Shown: positions 1 to 9,123, numbered from the stretch's first letter. The stretch: DNA of 37,219 nt from Phycisphaerae bacterium (GCA_030667885.1 DAOUVA010000001.1:1-37219), one strand, 5' to 3'. A program made the numbers and translations. The notes: generated from the letters alone by a model not told the origin.

Positions 1-41
1 GTATCGCTTGTCCATCTCAGCTTCAGCGAAGGAGAGAAGAA

Positions 42-1631
42 TTAGTCCAATGTGCAAACATACATCTCATTCACAAACTCAAGTTTGCCGAGCTCTTCAA
101 TCGCTTTTGAGTCTGGTTCCTTGTCAAGACTAACGGCAAGAATGGCTTTTCCCTCTGCCGGCTTTTGTCCAACGCCCATAGTGCAGATGTTGATATTATG
201 CTTGCCGCAGAGCATGCCAACCGAACCAATAACGCCGGGTTTGTCGTCGTTAAATATAACCAGAACGGCCCCACGCGGAGTCATTTCTATATTAAATCCG
301 TCAATTTCAATAATGCGCAGCAGCGTTCCGCCGAAGACAGAACCAGTGACTGTGTGCGTAACCTTATCCGTAACGACTTTGGCGCTAAAACTTGAGGCGA
401 CGTCTTTAGGCTTGGGATTTTTGGTTTCGTCTATGCTTATGCCGCGTTCCTTAGCCAAAACCGGAGTGTTGACCATATTCAACGGCATTTCAAAGTGTTT
501 CTGCAATAAACCTATCGCAAAATTAAGAGTAGCCTGTTCGACCGCCATTTCGGCAATCGAGCCGCGGTACTGCACCTCAATAGACTTGATTTGTCCAGGC
601 CCGATCGTGCTGATAACTGTTCCGATTCGACGAGCAAGCTCCGCGTACTGGCCCACTATTGGCGGCACAGTCCCTGTAGTAGATGGTGCATTAAGGGCGT
701 TCTTGACCGGGCCGCCTTTGATAGCATCGACAATGATTCGAGCAGCTTCGAGGGCAACTTCGATTTGAGCTTCGCTGGTACTGGCCCCTAAATGCGGCGT
801 AACAACGCAATTCTCAGACTCGGCAAAACGTGTATTCTCGGGCGGCTCTTTTGGATATACATCGAGAGCGGCGCCGGCGATACGTTTGGCTGCAAGGGCA
901 TCATAAAGTGCATCTTCGTTAATAATACCCCCACGTGCGCAGTTGACTAACCGAACTGTGGGTTTCATCTTTTGTATCTGTTCTGCGTCAATCATATTCA
1001 ACGTCTGCTCATTCCTCGGCACGTGAACGCTGATAAAGTCAGCTTCGGTGAAAATTTGCTCCAGGCTATCGCTGATTTCGACCCCTTTTGTTACCGCATC
1101 AGGGGGTACAGCCAACGGGTCAAAGCCCAATATTTTCATATTGAACCCTTTTGCCATTTCCGCCACAGCCATACCTATCCTGCCTAAACCTATCAAGCCA
1201 AGTACTTTGTTGTTCAACTGGTTGCCCATATATTTTTTTCTGTCCCAGGCACCCCCTTTTAAGCTGACGCATGCCGGGACAACGTTTCTGCTCATCGCAA
1301 GTATTAATGCCATCGTATGTTCTGCAGCACTGAGAGTATTTCCCCCGGGCGTATTCATGACAATAATACCTTTTCTTGTAGCTTCCGGAATGTCGATATT
1401 ATCCACGCCTACTCCTGCCCGGGCGATCGCCTTTAATTTGCCGGGATTATTCAGAACTTTTGCAGTAACCTTTGTAGCACTTCGGATGATTAAGCCATCG
1501 TGCTGGCCGATAATTTCAGCTAATTCATCTTCGCTTATACCGGTTTTAACGACAGCTTCAACACCTTCTGTCGAATTAAGCAAGTCAATTCCTTCCTGTG
1601 CAAGCTTGTCTGTAATAAGAACTTTAATCAT
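42..1631 (-). CDS. serA: D-3-phosphoglycerate dehydrogenase, long form with C-terminal regulatory (ACT-like) domain
   Basis: 529-aa ORF. It has a 2-hydroxyacid dehydrogenase fold with the NAD-binding motif GLIGLGRIG. A roughly 200-aa C-terminal extension is typical of long-form SerA. GGAG Shine-Dalgarno about 9 nt upstream of the ATG at 1631. Confidence 0.92.
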   Translation of the reverse strand: MIKVLITDKLAQEGIDLLNSTEGVEAVVKTGISEDELAEIIGQHDGLIIRSATKVTAKVLNNPGKLKAIARAGVGVDNIDIPEATRKGIIVMNTPGGNTLSAAEHTMALILAMSRNVVPACVSLKGGAWDRKKYMGNQLNNKVLGLIGLGRIGMAVAEMAKGFNMKILGFDPLAVPPDAVTKGVEISDSLEQIFTEADFISVHVPRNEQTLNMIDAEQIQKMKPTVRLVNCARGGIINEDALYDALAAKRIAGAALDVYPKEPPENTRFAESENCVVTPHLGASTSEAQIEVALEAARIIVDAIKGGPVKNALNAPSTTGTVPPIVGQYAELARRIGTVISTIGPGQIKSIEVQYRGSIAEMAVEQATLNFAIGLLQKHFEMPLNMVNTPVLAKERGISIDETKNPKPKDVASSFSAKVVTDKVTHTVTGSVFGGTLLRIIEIDGFNIEMTPRGAVLVIFNDDKPGVIGSVGMLCGKHNINICTMGVGQKPAEGKAILAVSLDKEPDSKAIEELGKLEFVNEMYVCTLD

Positions 1632-1679
1632 TGTCCAACTCCAAAAATAATATTTTTACTTCTCAATATTCGAGTTTGC

Positions 1680-1708
1680 ATTTTAGCCGGACTTCCAACA
1701 AATAGCAA
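1680..1708 (-). promoter_or_regulatory. Candidate sigma70-type promoter for serA (TTGCTA-17 nt-TAAAAT on minus strand)
   Basis: Minus strand reads TTGCTA (1708-1703), a 17-nt spacer, then TAAAAT (1685-1680), about 45 nt upstream of the serA ATG. Sequence pattern only. Confidence 0.35.
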
Positions 1709-1799
1709 GTGCAGAAATCAGCGGGCTCATATATAAGTCTCATATCTTATTACCAATCAAGACGTTCTATGAACAGTGTAATCTCTGCAATAGCCGATG

Positions 1800-1838
1800 A
1801 AAAAAGGGGCTTATACCGAATCAAACAGTATAAGCCCC
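1800..1838 (-). terminator. Rho-independent terminator downstream of the LamG-domain gene
   Basis: Perfect 11-bp stem GGGGCTTATAC (1806-1816) / GTATAAGCCCC (1828-1838) with an 11-nt loop. On the minus strand it is followed by a T6 run (complement of A 1800-1805). It lies 49 nt after the stop at 1887. Confidence 0.7.
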
Positions 1839-1886
1839 AAATTAAGACAAGTCTGTTATCTAAACGACAGAATCAACTGCTACGGA

Positions 1887-3980
1887 TTACGGAGCGTATA
1901 AACGGATGTCATCGAAGTACATCATGCCCGAGCCGCCGGCTATGGGATTGCTCCTGCTGCCAAGGCCAAGTGTAATCGAATTGACATTGGCAAGGTTGAC
2001 GCCCTGGTCGGCAAAGCGCGCCAGGTCGATATTCCATTGGGTCCAGAAGCCTATCTTCGCTGCATCCGGATTATCGTGATTGACCACGGCATTGCTATTG
2101 AGAACAACATACAAAGTCTCAGCAGCGTTGGAAGCTTCACCTCTGAACCAGATTGTCAGTGTATCGACATCTTTTTCCGTCCAGTCACGCGGGTAAGTCA
2201 AGACAGAAATCGCCTCGGATTTTCCGACCGCGTTGTTATAAGACATCGGCATTGACTGAGAACCGCTGTGGACGATAGTCTGCTCGGCAAATGGGAAATT
2301 CGGGTACCCAACGACGGATCCATTTGCTGCATTGTTGAATCCGTCCACCCAGGCAATAAATATCCTGTTGCTCCCGGGTTCAGCGGGTTCAAGGTCATTG
2401 TAGCTCTCGAAATCATCTACAATAAGGAAGTTAGCGGTGGTAAAGCTCCAGACGGGGCCTATCCACGGGCTGTCGGCGTTGGCGTTATTAACCTCATCTA
2501 CTCGCCAGTAGTAAGTAGTATCCCACTCAAGCTTTCCGGGATCATAGCTTTGGGAACCAAGGTCCATGTCACCTTTATACTCCGGGGAACTGGTATCTGC
2601 ATCGCGCAGTGCGACTTTATCAGGGCCGAAATACACCTGATGGGAAGCGGCATGGTCTGACGGTGACCAGCTAAGAACCACTGTTTGCGTTACATCCACA
2701 GCGCCGTTAGACGGATTCAAGCTTTCGACGGCACCCTGAACGGTAAAACTCCAGACATTGCCTTTATTCGTATTGACGGTATCAAACTCATCAACTCGCC
2801 AATAGTAAGTCTTACCTGGTTTAAGCAGGTCCGGATTATAGGTTGTAGGTCCCTGAGGAAATCCACCGGAGGCGTTGTTCACATCGTGAAAGTTTTCACC
2901 AAAATATACCGTGTGCAGTTTCGCATCGAAACCCGGGGTCCAGGCAAGGATTTTAACGGGATCTATAAACTCAGCACCATCAGCAGGGTCGGGATTGTAG
3001 GCGATTTTGGATGGAATAGTAAGGCTCCAGACATCTCCTTTGTGTTTCGTAGTCTCATCTGCCTCAACTTCATCAATCCGCCAGTAGTAGGTTGTGCCCG
3101 GAATAAGGCCATCCGGAGATGGAGACTCGGGAAGGCCGGCGATGAAATACTCTTCGGTCTGGTTGCCCTTAAAAGTTTCTGCGGCGCCATCGTTAACATC
3201 AGTGAAATTTTCACCGAAATAGATATCATGCGAGACAGCAGTATTTCCCGGTAACCATCCAAAACTCGCCCATGTATCCAAATACAGGACACCATCAGCC
3301 GGACTGGGGTCGTAGGCTCTTGAACCTGCCATCAGCTTTTTTATCTCGGTTAACGTCAGCACTGTGTTGTAGATTCGCACATCGTCTATCAGGCCCGGGA
3401 AGTAATTGGAGTTGCTGGTCCTGGCGCCTATTCTTACATAGTCAATTGTTCCTACTTCTCCTTCGGAACTGTCAATAAGCTGGCCGTCCAGAAACCAGCT
3501 TCCACCTTCTCCGGTGTAAGTTACCGCAAAATGGTGCCATTGTGTATCGACGGGCATGAATATTCCCTCCCAGCCGCCCACGAAGATAACATAATTGCCT
3601 GCGTCGTCCACTTCAATATCGTAATAAGTGCCGTCGGTGTCGCCATCCGGGACGAAGCCGAAGACGCTTGTCCCGGCTGGTATGTCTGTGGTGTCTGCCT
3701 TTACCCAGCCAGCGATTGTCCTCTGGTCAATCCCGCTTATTCCGACACTGCCGATGTCCACATAGTCGTCGATGCCATCGAGCTGAATAGCACCACCAAT
3801 CCTGCCGGGGACCCACTGGGGGTCGCCTTTCAAGGTGCCATTGTTGCTATTGCCGGATGTGTCATATGCTATGCTTCCGGAACTTTCATCGAACTGCCAG
3901 TGAGCTACGAGGTCGGCGGATGTGCTTGCGGCCAGGCTCAGAACCAAAAGAATGAGTAAATAAGTTAATTTATTAGTCAT
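1887..3980 (-). CDS. Secreted LamG (concanavalin A-like lectin/glucanase) domain protein with three tandem beta-sandwich modules and a C-terminal CBM-like domain
   Basis: 697-aa ORF. The signal peptide is MTNKLTYLLILLVLSLAASTSA. A LamG-type module starts DLVAHWQFDESSG...GAIQLDG..DYVDIG and ends LIDDVRIYN. Three roughly 90-100-aa repeats each end in TYYWR(I/V)DE...G.VWSF/L. The C-terminal jelly-roll-like domain ends MMYFDDIRLY. AAGGAG Shine-Dalgarno 8 nt upstream of the ATG. Confidence 0.85.
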   Translation of the reverse strand: MTNKLTYLLILLVLSLAASTSADLVAHWQFDESSGSIAYDTSGNSNNGTLKGDPQWVPGRIGGAIQLDGIDDYVDIGSVGISGIDQRTIAGWVKADTTDIPAGTSVFGFVPDGDTDGTYYDIEVDDAGNYVIFVGGWEGIFMPVDTQWHHFAVTYTGEGGSWFLDGQLIDSSEGEVGTIDYVRIGARTSNSNYFPGLIDDVRIYNTVLTLTEIKKLMAGSRAYDPSPADGVLYLDTWASFGWLPGNTAVSHDIYFGENFTDVNDGAAETFKGNQTEEYFIAGLPESPSPDGLIPGTTYYWRIDEVEADETTKHKGDVWSLTIPSKIAYNPDPADGAEFIDPVKILAWTPGFDAKLHTVYFGENFHDVNNASGGFPQGPTTYNPDLLKPGKTYYWRVDEFDTVNTNKGNVWSFTVQGAVESLNPSNGAVDVTQTVVLSWSPSDHAASHQVYFGPDKVALRDADTSSPEYKGDMDLGSQSYDPGKLEWDTTYYWRVDEVNNANADSPWIGPVWSFTTANFLIVDDFESYNDLEPAEPGSNRIFIAWVDGFNNAANGSVVGYPNFPFAEQTIVHSGSQSMPMSYNNAVGKSEAISVLTYPRDWTEKDVDTLTIWFRGEASNAAETLYVVLNSNAVVNHDNPDAAKIGFWTQWNIDLARFADQGVNLANVNSITLGLGSRSNPIAGGSGMMYFDDIRLYAP
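2436..3317 (-). repeat. Three tandem protein-level repeats (aa 222-322, 327-414, 419-515) inside the LamG-domain CDS
   Basis: Shared pattern (Y/L)(D/N)PSxxxG...(W)xPG/S...H.(I/V)YFG(E/P)...(D/N)...TYYWR(I/V)DE(V/F)...G(D/N/P)VWS(L/F)T. The DNA copies are diverged, so this is not a nucleotide repeat. Confidence 0.6.
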
Positions 3981-4074
3981 AATAGAACTCCTTCACATAA
4001 GGTGGATAAGGTGTTAATTGGAATATAAAAAATGTAACTACCATGCACAACGTTTTCACAGCCACTCTGTACAT
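3973..4074 (-). CDS. Candidate 33-codon leader/small ORF overlapping the LamG start codon (speculative)
   Basis: Minus strand reads GAGGAGGAGTTATTATGCAATG. This is a strong Shine-Dalgarno followed by two ATGs, at 4079 (7-codon ORF MQCTEWL) and 4074. The 4074 ORF encodes MYRVAVKTLCMVVTFFIFQLTPYPPYVKEFYYD. Its TAA (3975-3973) overlaps the LamG ATG (3980-3978) in TATTATGACTAA. No homology evidence. Confidence 0.2.
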   Translation of the reverse strand: MYRVAVKTLCMVVTFFIFQLTPYPPYVKEFYYD

Positions 4075-4181
4075 TGCATAATAACTCCTCCTCAATTTGG
4101 AAAAATACTGGAATTGCGTTCGCAGGATGATGAAAATCAACAGATGTATGCTCTGCGCGAACACATCCCTTTCCTGAGTAT

Positions 4182-4211
4182 TTTATACCAAATCAATCAC
4201 CTTCCAGTCAA
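4182..4211 (-). promoter_or_regulatory. Candidate promoter for the LamG-domain gene (TTGACT-18 nt-TGgTATAAA, extended -10)
   Basis: Minus strand reads TTGACT (4211-4206), an 18-nt spacer ending in TGg, then TATAAA (4187-4182). This implies a roughly 195-nt 5' leader before the ATG at 3980. Confidence 0.45.
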
Positions 4212-4334
4212 GAAAAAAACCACAAATTGTGCATAATTCAGTTTTAAGACTCAGGCCGGTATAGACGATGCCGGGCGAACTGCTGTATCGAACATCATCT
4301 GGTTATTCCTTTAGCTTGGCCTGGATAGGGACCA

Positions 4335-4363
4335 TTGTAAAATGCAGTAAGATATGTTATAAT
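4335..4363 (+). promoter_or_regulatory. Candidate promoter for the CotH-family gene (TTGTAA-17 nt-TGtTATAAT, extended -10)
   Basis: TTGTAA at 4335-4340, a 17-nt spacer ending TGt, and TATAAT at 4358-4363, about 85 nt upstream of the ATG at 4448. The -10 lies inside the inverted repeat AAGATAT-N6-ATATCTT (4350-4369). Confidence 0.4.
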
Positions 4364-4447
4364 ATCTTGTGTTGTTATAAAGCTTATCAGCTGTGGAAAG
4401 CGGTGCTTTATATTTTGCTGGTCTGGACAAGGAGGAATGCTATTCAA

Positions 4448-7435
4448 ATGAGATATTCGTTGATTTTTGTTTGTTTCGTTATATTCAATATTATCAATAG
4501 CTTTTCTAATGATGCCTGGGCACAGGAGCTAATCCGGATAAACGAATTCATGGCTGTGAACAATAATGGCCTTGATGACGAGGATCGGGATGAATCGGAC
4601 TGGATCGAGATATACAATGCCGGAATGAACGCGGTCAACCTGGAAGGGTGGTATCTAACGGATGACGTCAACAACCTGAGGCAGTGGGTATTTCCAGAGG
4701 TAATACTTGAACCCGATGCTTACCTGGTTGTCTTTGCATCGGGAAAAAATCGCAGAGATGCTCTGGGGGTATTGCATACCAATTTTAGACTGAATGGCAG
4801 TGGTGAGTATCTGGGATTAGTTCGTCCAGATGGCGAAACCGTGGCCTGGGAGTTCTTTCCGGAGTATCCAAAACAGGCCCCCGATATTTCTTATGGCCCA
4901 GTCAGCAGTATCGTGGAAACCGCGCTCTTGATGCCCGGGGCTCCGGCCAAAGCCCTGGTGCCCAGTAGCGATTCCCTGGAGCCTGCCTCAGAACTTTCGG
5001 AGACGCAGCGTCCGTGGACGCAGGAAGGCCCGGATATATTAAGATGGCAAACTGGCACAACCGGCGTCGGTTATGATTATGGTGAACTGGTCGGTTTGGA
5101 TGTTTCGGGGATGCAGAATGTCAATACGACAGTGTATATTCGGGTGCCTTTTGTTGTGGAGGATCCCTCGGCGATCCGGGCCCTGACTTTGCGCATGCGT
5201 TATGACGATGGGATAATAGTCTATATTAACGGCCAAGAGGTGGCACGTGATAATGCTCCGGTACCAGGCGAAGAGACATGGAACTCAGTTGCATTAGTTA
5301 GCCGACCCGATAGCAACGCTGTTAATCCGGTTGATTTTCCTATACCGCAATTCGACTTTCTTCATGTTGGGTCAAATCTGCTGGCTGTACAGGGGCTGAA
5401 CCATCGAATTGGCAGTTCGGACCTGTTGATTGTTCCCGAGCTGCTGGCCACTATTGATACAATAGACGGATCGTCATATCAGTATTTCCCGACACCGACG
5501 CCTGGAAAGCCGAACAATGACGGTATTGATATTTTGGGACCTATCATTTCCGATACGGACCATTATCCGCTCATACCTACTGAAGATGAGGACCTGCAGA
5601 TCGTAGCGAAGATCGAGTCGTCCTTCGATCCGATTGATACCGTCAAGTTGTACTATCGCGCTATGTTTAGTCGAGAAGTGAGCATACCATTACTGGATGA
5701 TGGTACAGGCGGTGACAGAGAAAGGGAGGACGGGCTTTACACTGTGCGAATCCCGGCTTACAGGTTCAAAGCGGGTGAGATGGTCCGCTGGTTCATTACG
5801 GCCACAGACACTGCCGGACGCAGATCACGGTTCCCGAGCTATATCGATGAGCTAAATTCTCCGCAGTATTTCGGTACAATCGTGGAGGATCCGAACCTGA
5901 CTAATCCGCTACCGGTACTGCATTGGTTCATCAGAACACCGAATGCCGCCAACTCCGATTCCGGAACTCGTTGTGCTCTCTTTTATGATGGGCAGTTCTA
6001 CGATAATGTGGGGATCAATATTCACGGCCAGTCCAGCCGGGGATTTCCGAAAAAGAGCTACGATATCGATTTTCATCCCGGCTATAACTTCAAGTGGGAG
6101 CCGGGGCAGCCACGTGCCGACGATATAAACATGTTGACGACGTATCCGGATAAGGCGCAGATGCGTAATATGCTGGCCTATGAGATATATCGAGATGCGG
6201 GTTGTCCCTACCACTGGGTTTTTCCGGTACGAGTCCAACAAAACGGGGCCTTTTGGGGCACAGCTCATGTGGTGGAGAATGGTGATGAAGATTGGCTGAT
6301 TCGGATGGGCTTGAATGCCGATGGAGCCCTTTACAAGATGTACAATAGTTTTGATAGTGTGAGCAGTGCCAATAGTGGAGCCGAAAAGAAGACACGAAAA
6401 AATGAAGGCAACGAGGATTTGTCGGCGCTTTATAACGGTCTTAGTCTGCCGGGCGAAAGACGTCGCCAATATCTCTATGACAATGTTGATGTTGCGCAGG
6501 TTGTTAATTTTCTGGCAGTACGCGCAATAACTGGAGATACCGACTGCTGTCACAAAAACTACTACTTTTATCGTGATACGGGCATCAGTGATGAATGGCA
6601 GATGTGGCCGTGGGACGTGGATTTGAGCTTTGGACGAGTGTGGAATTCTGCGGAGACTTACTGGAACGAAAACCTTGTTCCAAATACGCGTCTATTTGTC
6701 GGCAGCGGCAACCGTATGCCGGATGCCATTTTTAATACTCCGGAAACACGGCAGATGTATTTGCGGCGCATACGAACACTCATGGATGAATTTCTCAAGG
6801 CACCGGACACGCCCGAGGATGAACTGTATTTTGAGCCGTTTATTGATATGTTGGCGGCTCTTATTGCCCCGGACGCTGCCTTAGACGCTGCTAAATGGGG
6901 CTCACATGCCTGGGGTAATGGTTCGACGTCTTCTTGCTGTCCACAATCATTGCTGGAGGCTGTCGATGAACTGAAGTATTCCTACCTGCCTGAACGCCGG
7001 CGTCAACTATTCAACGGTTTGACTTCCGGGGCCAATGAAATACCCGATACCCAACTGGCCGGTACGGTTATTGACTTCGGTACGATTGATACTAATCCTG
7101 CCAGTGGTAACCTGGATGAGCAGTATATACAACTACGTAATCCCAATTATTTTGCTGTAGATATTTCCGGCTGGACACTGAGTATTGGGCAAGAGCCCAA
7201 CATTCATCTTTTTACTTTCAATGGCGGAACGGTCATCCCTGCAAATGGGACTCTTCACGTTGCCGCCAACCGGGTAGCTTTACGCTCTCGGAATGCATCT
7301 ATCCGAGGCGGTCCAATATTATTTATTGTTGGTGATTTCAGTGGTCGACTTGCAGTTCAAGATGAAGTCCTTCTTTTAACCGACCGGCAGCAAGAGGTAG
7401 TCAATTTTGTTATAACACAAGCTGGCAGGCGATGA
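4448..7435 (+). CDS. Secreted CotH kinase-family protein flanked by lamin-tail domains (LTD-CotH-LTD)
   Basis: The ORF track starts at 4268, but those 60 codons are Cys/Trp-rich and overlap the predicted promoter. AGGAGG (4432-4437) precedes the ATG at 4448, which opens the signal peptide MRYSLIFVCFVIFNIINSFSNDAWA. LTD-like segments are LIRINEFMAVNN..WIEIYNAG..LEGWYLTDD and, C-terminally, EQYIQLRNPNYFAVDISGWTL. CotH core motifs are FPKKSYDIDF, HKNYYFYRD and WPWDVDLSFG. Confidence 0.87.
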   Translation: MRYSLIFVCFVIFNIINSFSNDAWAQELIRINEFMAVNNNGLDDEDRDESDWIEIYNAGMNAVNLEGWYLTDDVNNLRQWVFPEVILEPDAYLVVFASGKNRRDALGVLHTNFRLNGSGEYLGLVRPDGETVAWEFFPEYPKQAPDISYGPVSSIVETALLMPGAPAKALVPSSDSLEPASELSETQRPWTQEGPDILRWQTGTTGVGYDYGELVGLDVSGMQNVNTTVYIRVPFVVEDPSAIRALTLRMRYDDGIIVYINGQEVARDNAPVPGEETWNSVALVSRPDSNAVNPVDFPIPQFDFLHVGSNLLAVQGLNHRIGSSDLLIVPELLATIDTIDGSSYQYFPTPTPGKPNNDGIDILGPIISDTDHYPLIPTEDEDLQIVAKIESSFDPIDTVKLYYRAMFSREVSIPLLDDGTGGDREREDGLYTVRIPAYRFKAGEMVRWFITATDTAGRRSRFPSYIDELNSPQYFGTIVEDPNLTNPLPVLHWFIRTPNAANSDSGTRCALFYDGQFYDNVGINIHGQSSRGFPKKSYDIDFHPGYNFKWEPGQPRADDINMLTTYPDKAQMRNMLAYEIYRDAGCPYHWVFPVRVQQNGAFWGTAHVVENGDEDWLIRMGLNADGALYKMYNSFDSVSSANSGAEKKTRKNEGNEDLSALYNGLSLPGERRRQYLYDNVDVAQVVNFLAVRAITGDTDCCHKNYYFYRDTGISDEWQMWPWDVDLSFGRVWNSAETYWNENLVPNTRLFVGSGNRMPDAIFNTPETRQMYLRRIRTLMDEFLKAPDTPEDELYFEPFIDMLAALIAPDAALDAAKWGSHAWGNGSTSSCCPQSLLEAVDELKYSYLPERRRQLFNGLTSGANEIPDTQLAGTVIDFGTIDTNPASGNLDEQYIQLRNPNYFAVDISGWTLSIGQEPNIHLFTFNGGTVIPANGTLHVAANRVALRSRNASIRGGPILFIVGDFSGRLAVQDEVLLLTDRQQEVVNFVITQAGRR

Positions 7436-7542
7436 GAAGCGAAGGAGAAATACACCTGCATCAGTTACGCATTATGCGAGCTGTAAAAGAAGAGAATTAT
7501 AGCCGACATTATTCGAAACCGGTTATAAGTAAGTGTCCACTA

Positions 7543-9123
7543 TTAAACTGGTGTGCCGATATTGTCTTTGTATTTTATGCGCAGCAGTTTCAGTTCTTCT
7601 TTTAACTTTTTGATAATATTTAAGTTTGCCGGTTCGTTATAGATGTTTTTCATTTCCTTCGGGTCTTTTTTCAGGTCGTAAAGTTCCCATTCGTCGATGT
7701 CGTTGTAGAAGTGTATCAGCTTGTAGCGTTGTGTGCGTATGCCGTAATGCCTTTTTACGCTGTGGACCGCAGGGTATTCGTGGTAGTGGTAGTACATCGA
7801 TTTTCGCCAGTCTCGGGGTGTTTTGCCTTGAAGGATTTTGCGAATCGAGCGTCCCTGCATATCCGGAGGCGTTGGTAGGCCCGCGAAATCCAAAATCGTT
7901 GCGCCGAAATCCAGATTCAAGACGATATCATTTTTGATAGAGCCGGCTTTTACTTCCTGCGGATAGCGAACAAGCAGCGGCATGCGCAGTGATTCCTCGT
8001 ACATAAATCGCTTATCGAACCAACCGTGGTCACCTAAGTAAAAGCCCTGGTCGGAAGTGTAAAACACCACCGTATTTGTTGCCAGGCCTGTCTGGTCAAG
8101 ATAATCCAATACCCGGCCGACATTCTCATCGACAGAGGCGATACATCGCAGGTAGTCTTTGATATATCTCTGGTATTTCCAGCGGACCAGGTCTTTGCCC
8201 GTTAGAGTTGCATTACGGAAAGCTTCGTTTTTCGGATTGTATGCCGCATCCCAAAGCTTTTTTTGTTCAGGAGTAAGATTTCTCGGGGGGACGAGTTTCA
8301 GGTCTCTTTCGGTCATCGTCTTTTCAATGCTCATGTCCTGTTCCTTGGCGGCCCTTCCGCGGTTGGAGTAGTCATCAAACAAATTTTCCGGCTCAGGAAT
8401 GTTCACATCATCGTACATTGTCAGATATTTGGGGCCCGGCTCCCATGACCTGTGCGGGGCCTTCTGTTGGTACATCAAGCAGAATGGTTTTTCTCCGCTG
8501 CGTTCTTTGAGCCATTTTAGGGCATGGTCGGTAATAATATCAGTAGTGTAGCCGGTATATTTTCTCTGCTGGCCCATCTCTTTCATTGCTGGATTGTAGT
8601 ACGTTCCCTGTCCGGGCAGGACGTTCCAGTAATCAAAACCGGTCGGGTCGGTTTTGAGGTGCCATTTGCCTATCATAGCTGTTTCGTAGCCAACATTTTG
8701 GAGCAGTTTTGGGAAGGTCTGCTGGCTTGGGTCAAACTTTTGTCTGTTGTCGATGACGCCGTTGATGTGGCTGTATTTGCCGGTCAAGATTACAGCTCGG
8801 CAGGGGGCGCAGATTGAATTAGTGCAGAAGCTATTTTTAAAGAGCATGCCCTCTTTGGCAATCCGGTCGAGGTTTGGTGTTTTATTGATTTTACTTCCAT
8901 AACAGCTCATCGCATGTGAGGCGTGGTCGTCCGTCATTATAAATATTATGTTTGGTCTTTTTGTAGAAATCCCTGCTGTTTGCCCAAAGCTTTCGCAGCC
9001 TGGCAGTATCGATAGCGCTGAAGCTGAACCCGCCATAAAGCCGAGTGTTTTGAGGAAATCTCTCCTTGTTTGTCTTTTCATTTTGGTTCCTTTCATACGT
9101 TCTTGCATGGACTGTTTAATCAT
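7543..9123 (-). CDS. Formylglycine-dependent sulfatase (S1 family), Tat-exported
   Basis: RRDFLKTLG twin-arginine signal followed by [15 protein letters not shown] metal-binding N-terminus, and CAPCR active-site motif ([15 protein letters not shown]). The true start may be the ATG at 9081 ([11 protein letters not shown]), which has AAGGA about 7 nt upstream. Confidence 0.9.
   Translation of the reverse strand: MIKQSMQERMKGTKMKRQTRRDFLKTLGFMAGSASALSILPGCESFGQTAGISTKRPNIIFIMTDDHASHAMSCYGSKINKTPNLDRIAKEGMLFKNSFCTNSICAPCRAVILTGKYSHINGVIDNRQKFDPSQQTFPKLLQNVGYETAMIGKWHLKTDPTGFDYWNVLPGQGTYYNPAMKEMGQQRKYTGYTTDIITDHALKWLKERSGEKPFCLMYQQKAPHRSWEPGPKYLTMYDDVNIPEPENLFDDYSNRGRAAKEQDMSIEKTMTERDLKLVPPRNLTPEQKKLWDAAYNPKNEAFRNATLTGKDLVRWKYQRYIKDYLRCIASVDENVGRVLDYLDQTGLATNTVVFYTSDQGFYLGDHGWFDKRFMYEESLRMPLLVRYPQEVKAGSIKNDIVLNLDFGATILDFAGLPTPPDMQGRSIRKILQGKTPRDWRKSMYYHYHEYPAVHSVKRHYGIRTQRYKLIHFYNDIDEWELYDLKKDPKEMKNIYNEPANLNIIKKLKEELKLLRIKYKDNIGTPV

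Noticed and set aside
52-768. Long antisense ORFs opposite real genes. Examples: 52-768 (+) opposite serA, 1048-1650 (+), 5909-6553 (-) opposite the CotH gene, 14184-14672 (-) opposite folP, 18478-19029 (+), and 33818-34558 (-) opposite the fucosidase.
   Set aside because: Each lies fully inside a gene whose product has clear family motifs on the other strand. Their translations are low-complexity (Ser/Pro/Arg/Cys-rich) with no recognisable motifs or ribosome-binding sites. They are typical shadow ORFs.
4109-4124. Sigma-54-like element TGGAATTGCGTTCGCA (GG-N10-GC spacing) on the plus strand upstream of the CotH gene.
   Set aside because: It matches the TGGCAC-N5-TTGCA consensus only partially and lies about 325 nt from the start codon. 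There is no enhancer-binding-protein gene nearby, and a better sigma70-type promoter exists at 4335-4363.
4018-4236. A 72-aa ORF (TTG start) in the LamG/CotH divergent intergenic region, and the full 63-aa minus-strand ORF at 3973-4164.
   Set aside because: There is no convincing start context for the full-length versions, and they have odd composition. The region is better explained as promoters plus a 5' leader. Only the 33-codon portion preceded by GAGGAGGAG was kept, as a low-confidence candidate.
4268-4447. The 60-codon N-terminal extension of the CotH-family ORF in the track (start 4268).
   Set aside because: The extension is Cys/Trp/Tyr-rich and overlaps the predicted promoter. An AGGAGG Shine-Dalgarno and a canonical signal peptide begin at the ATG at 4448.
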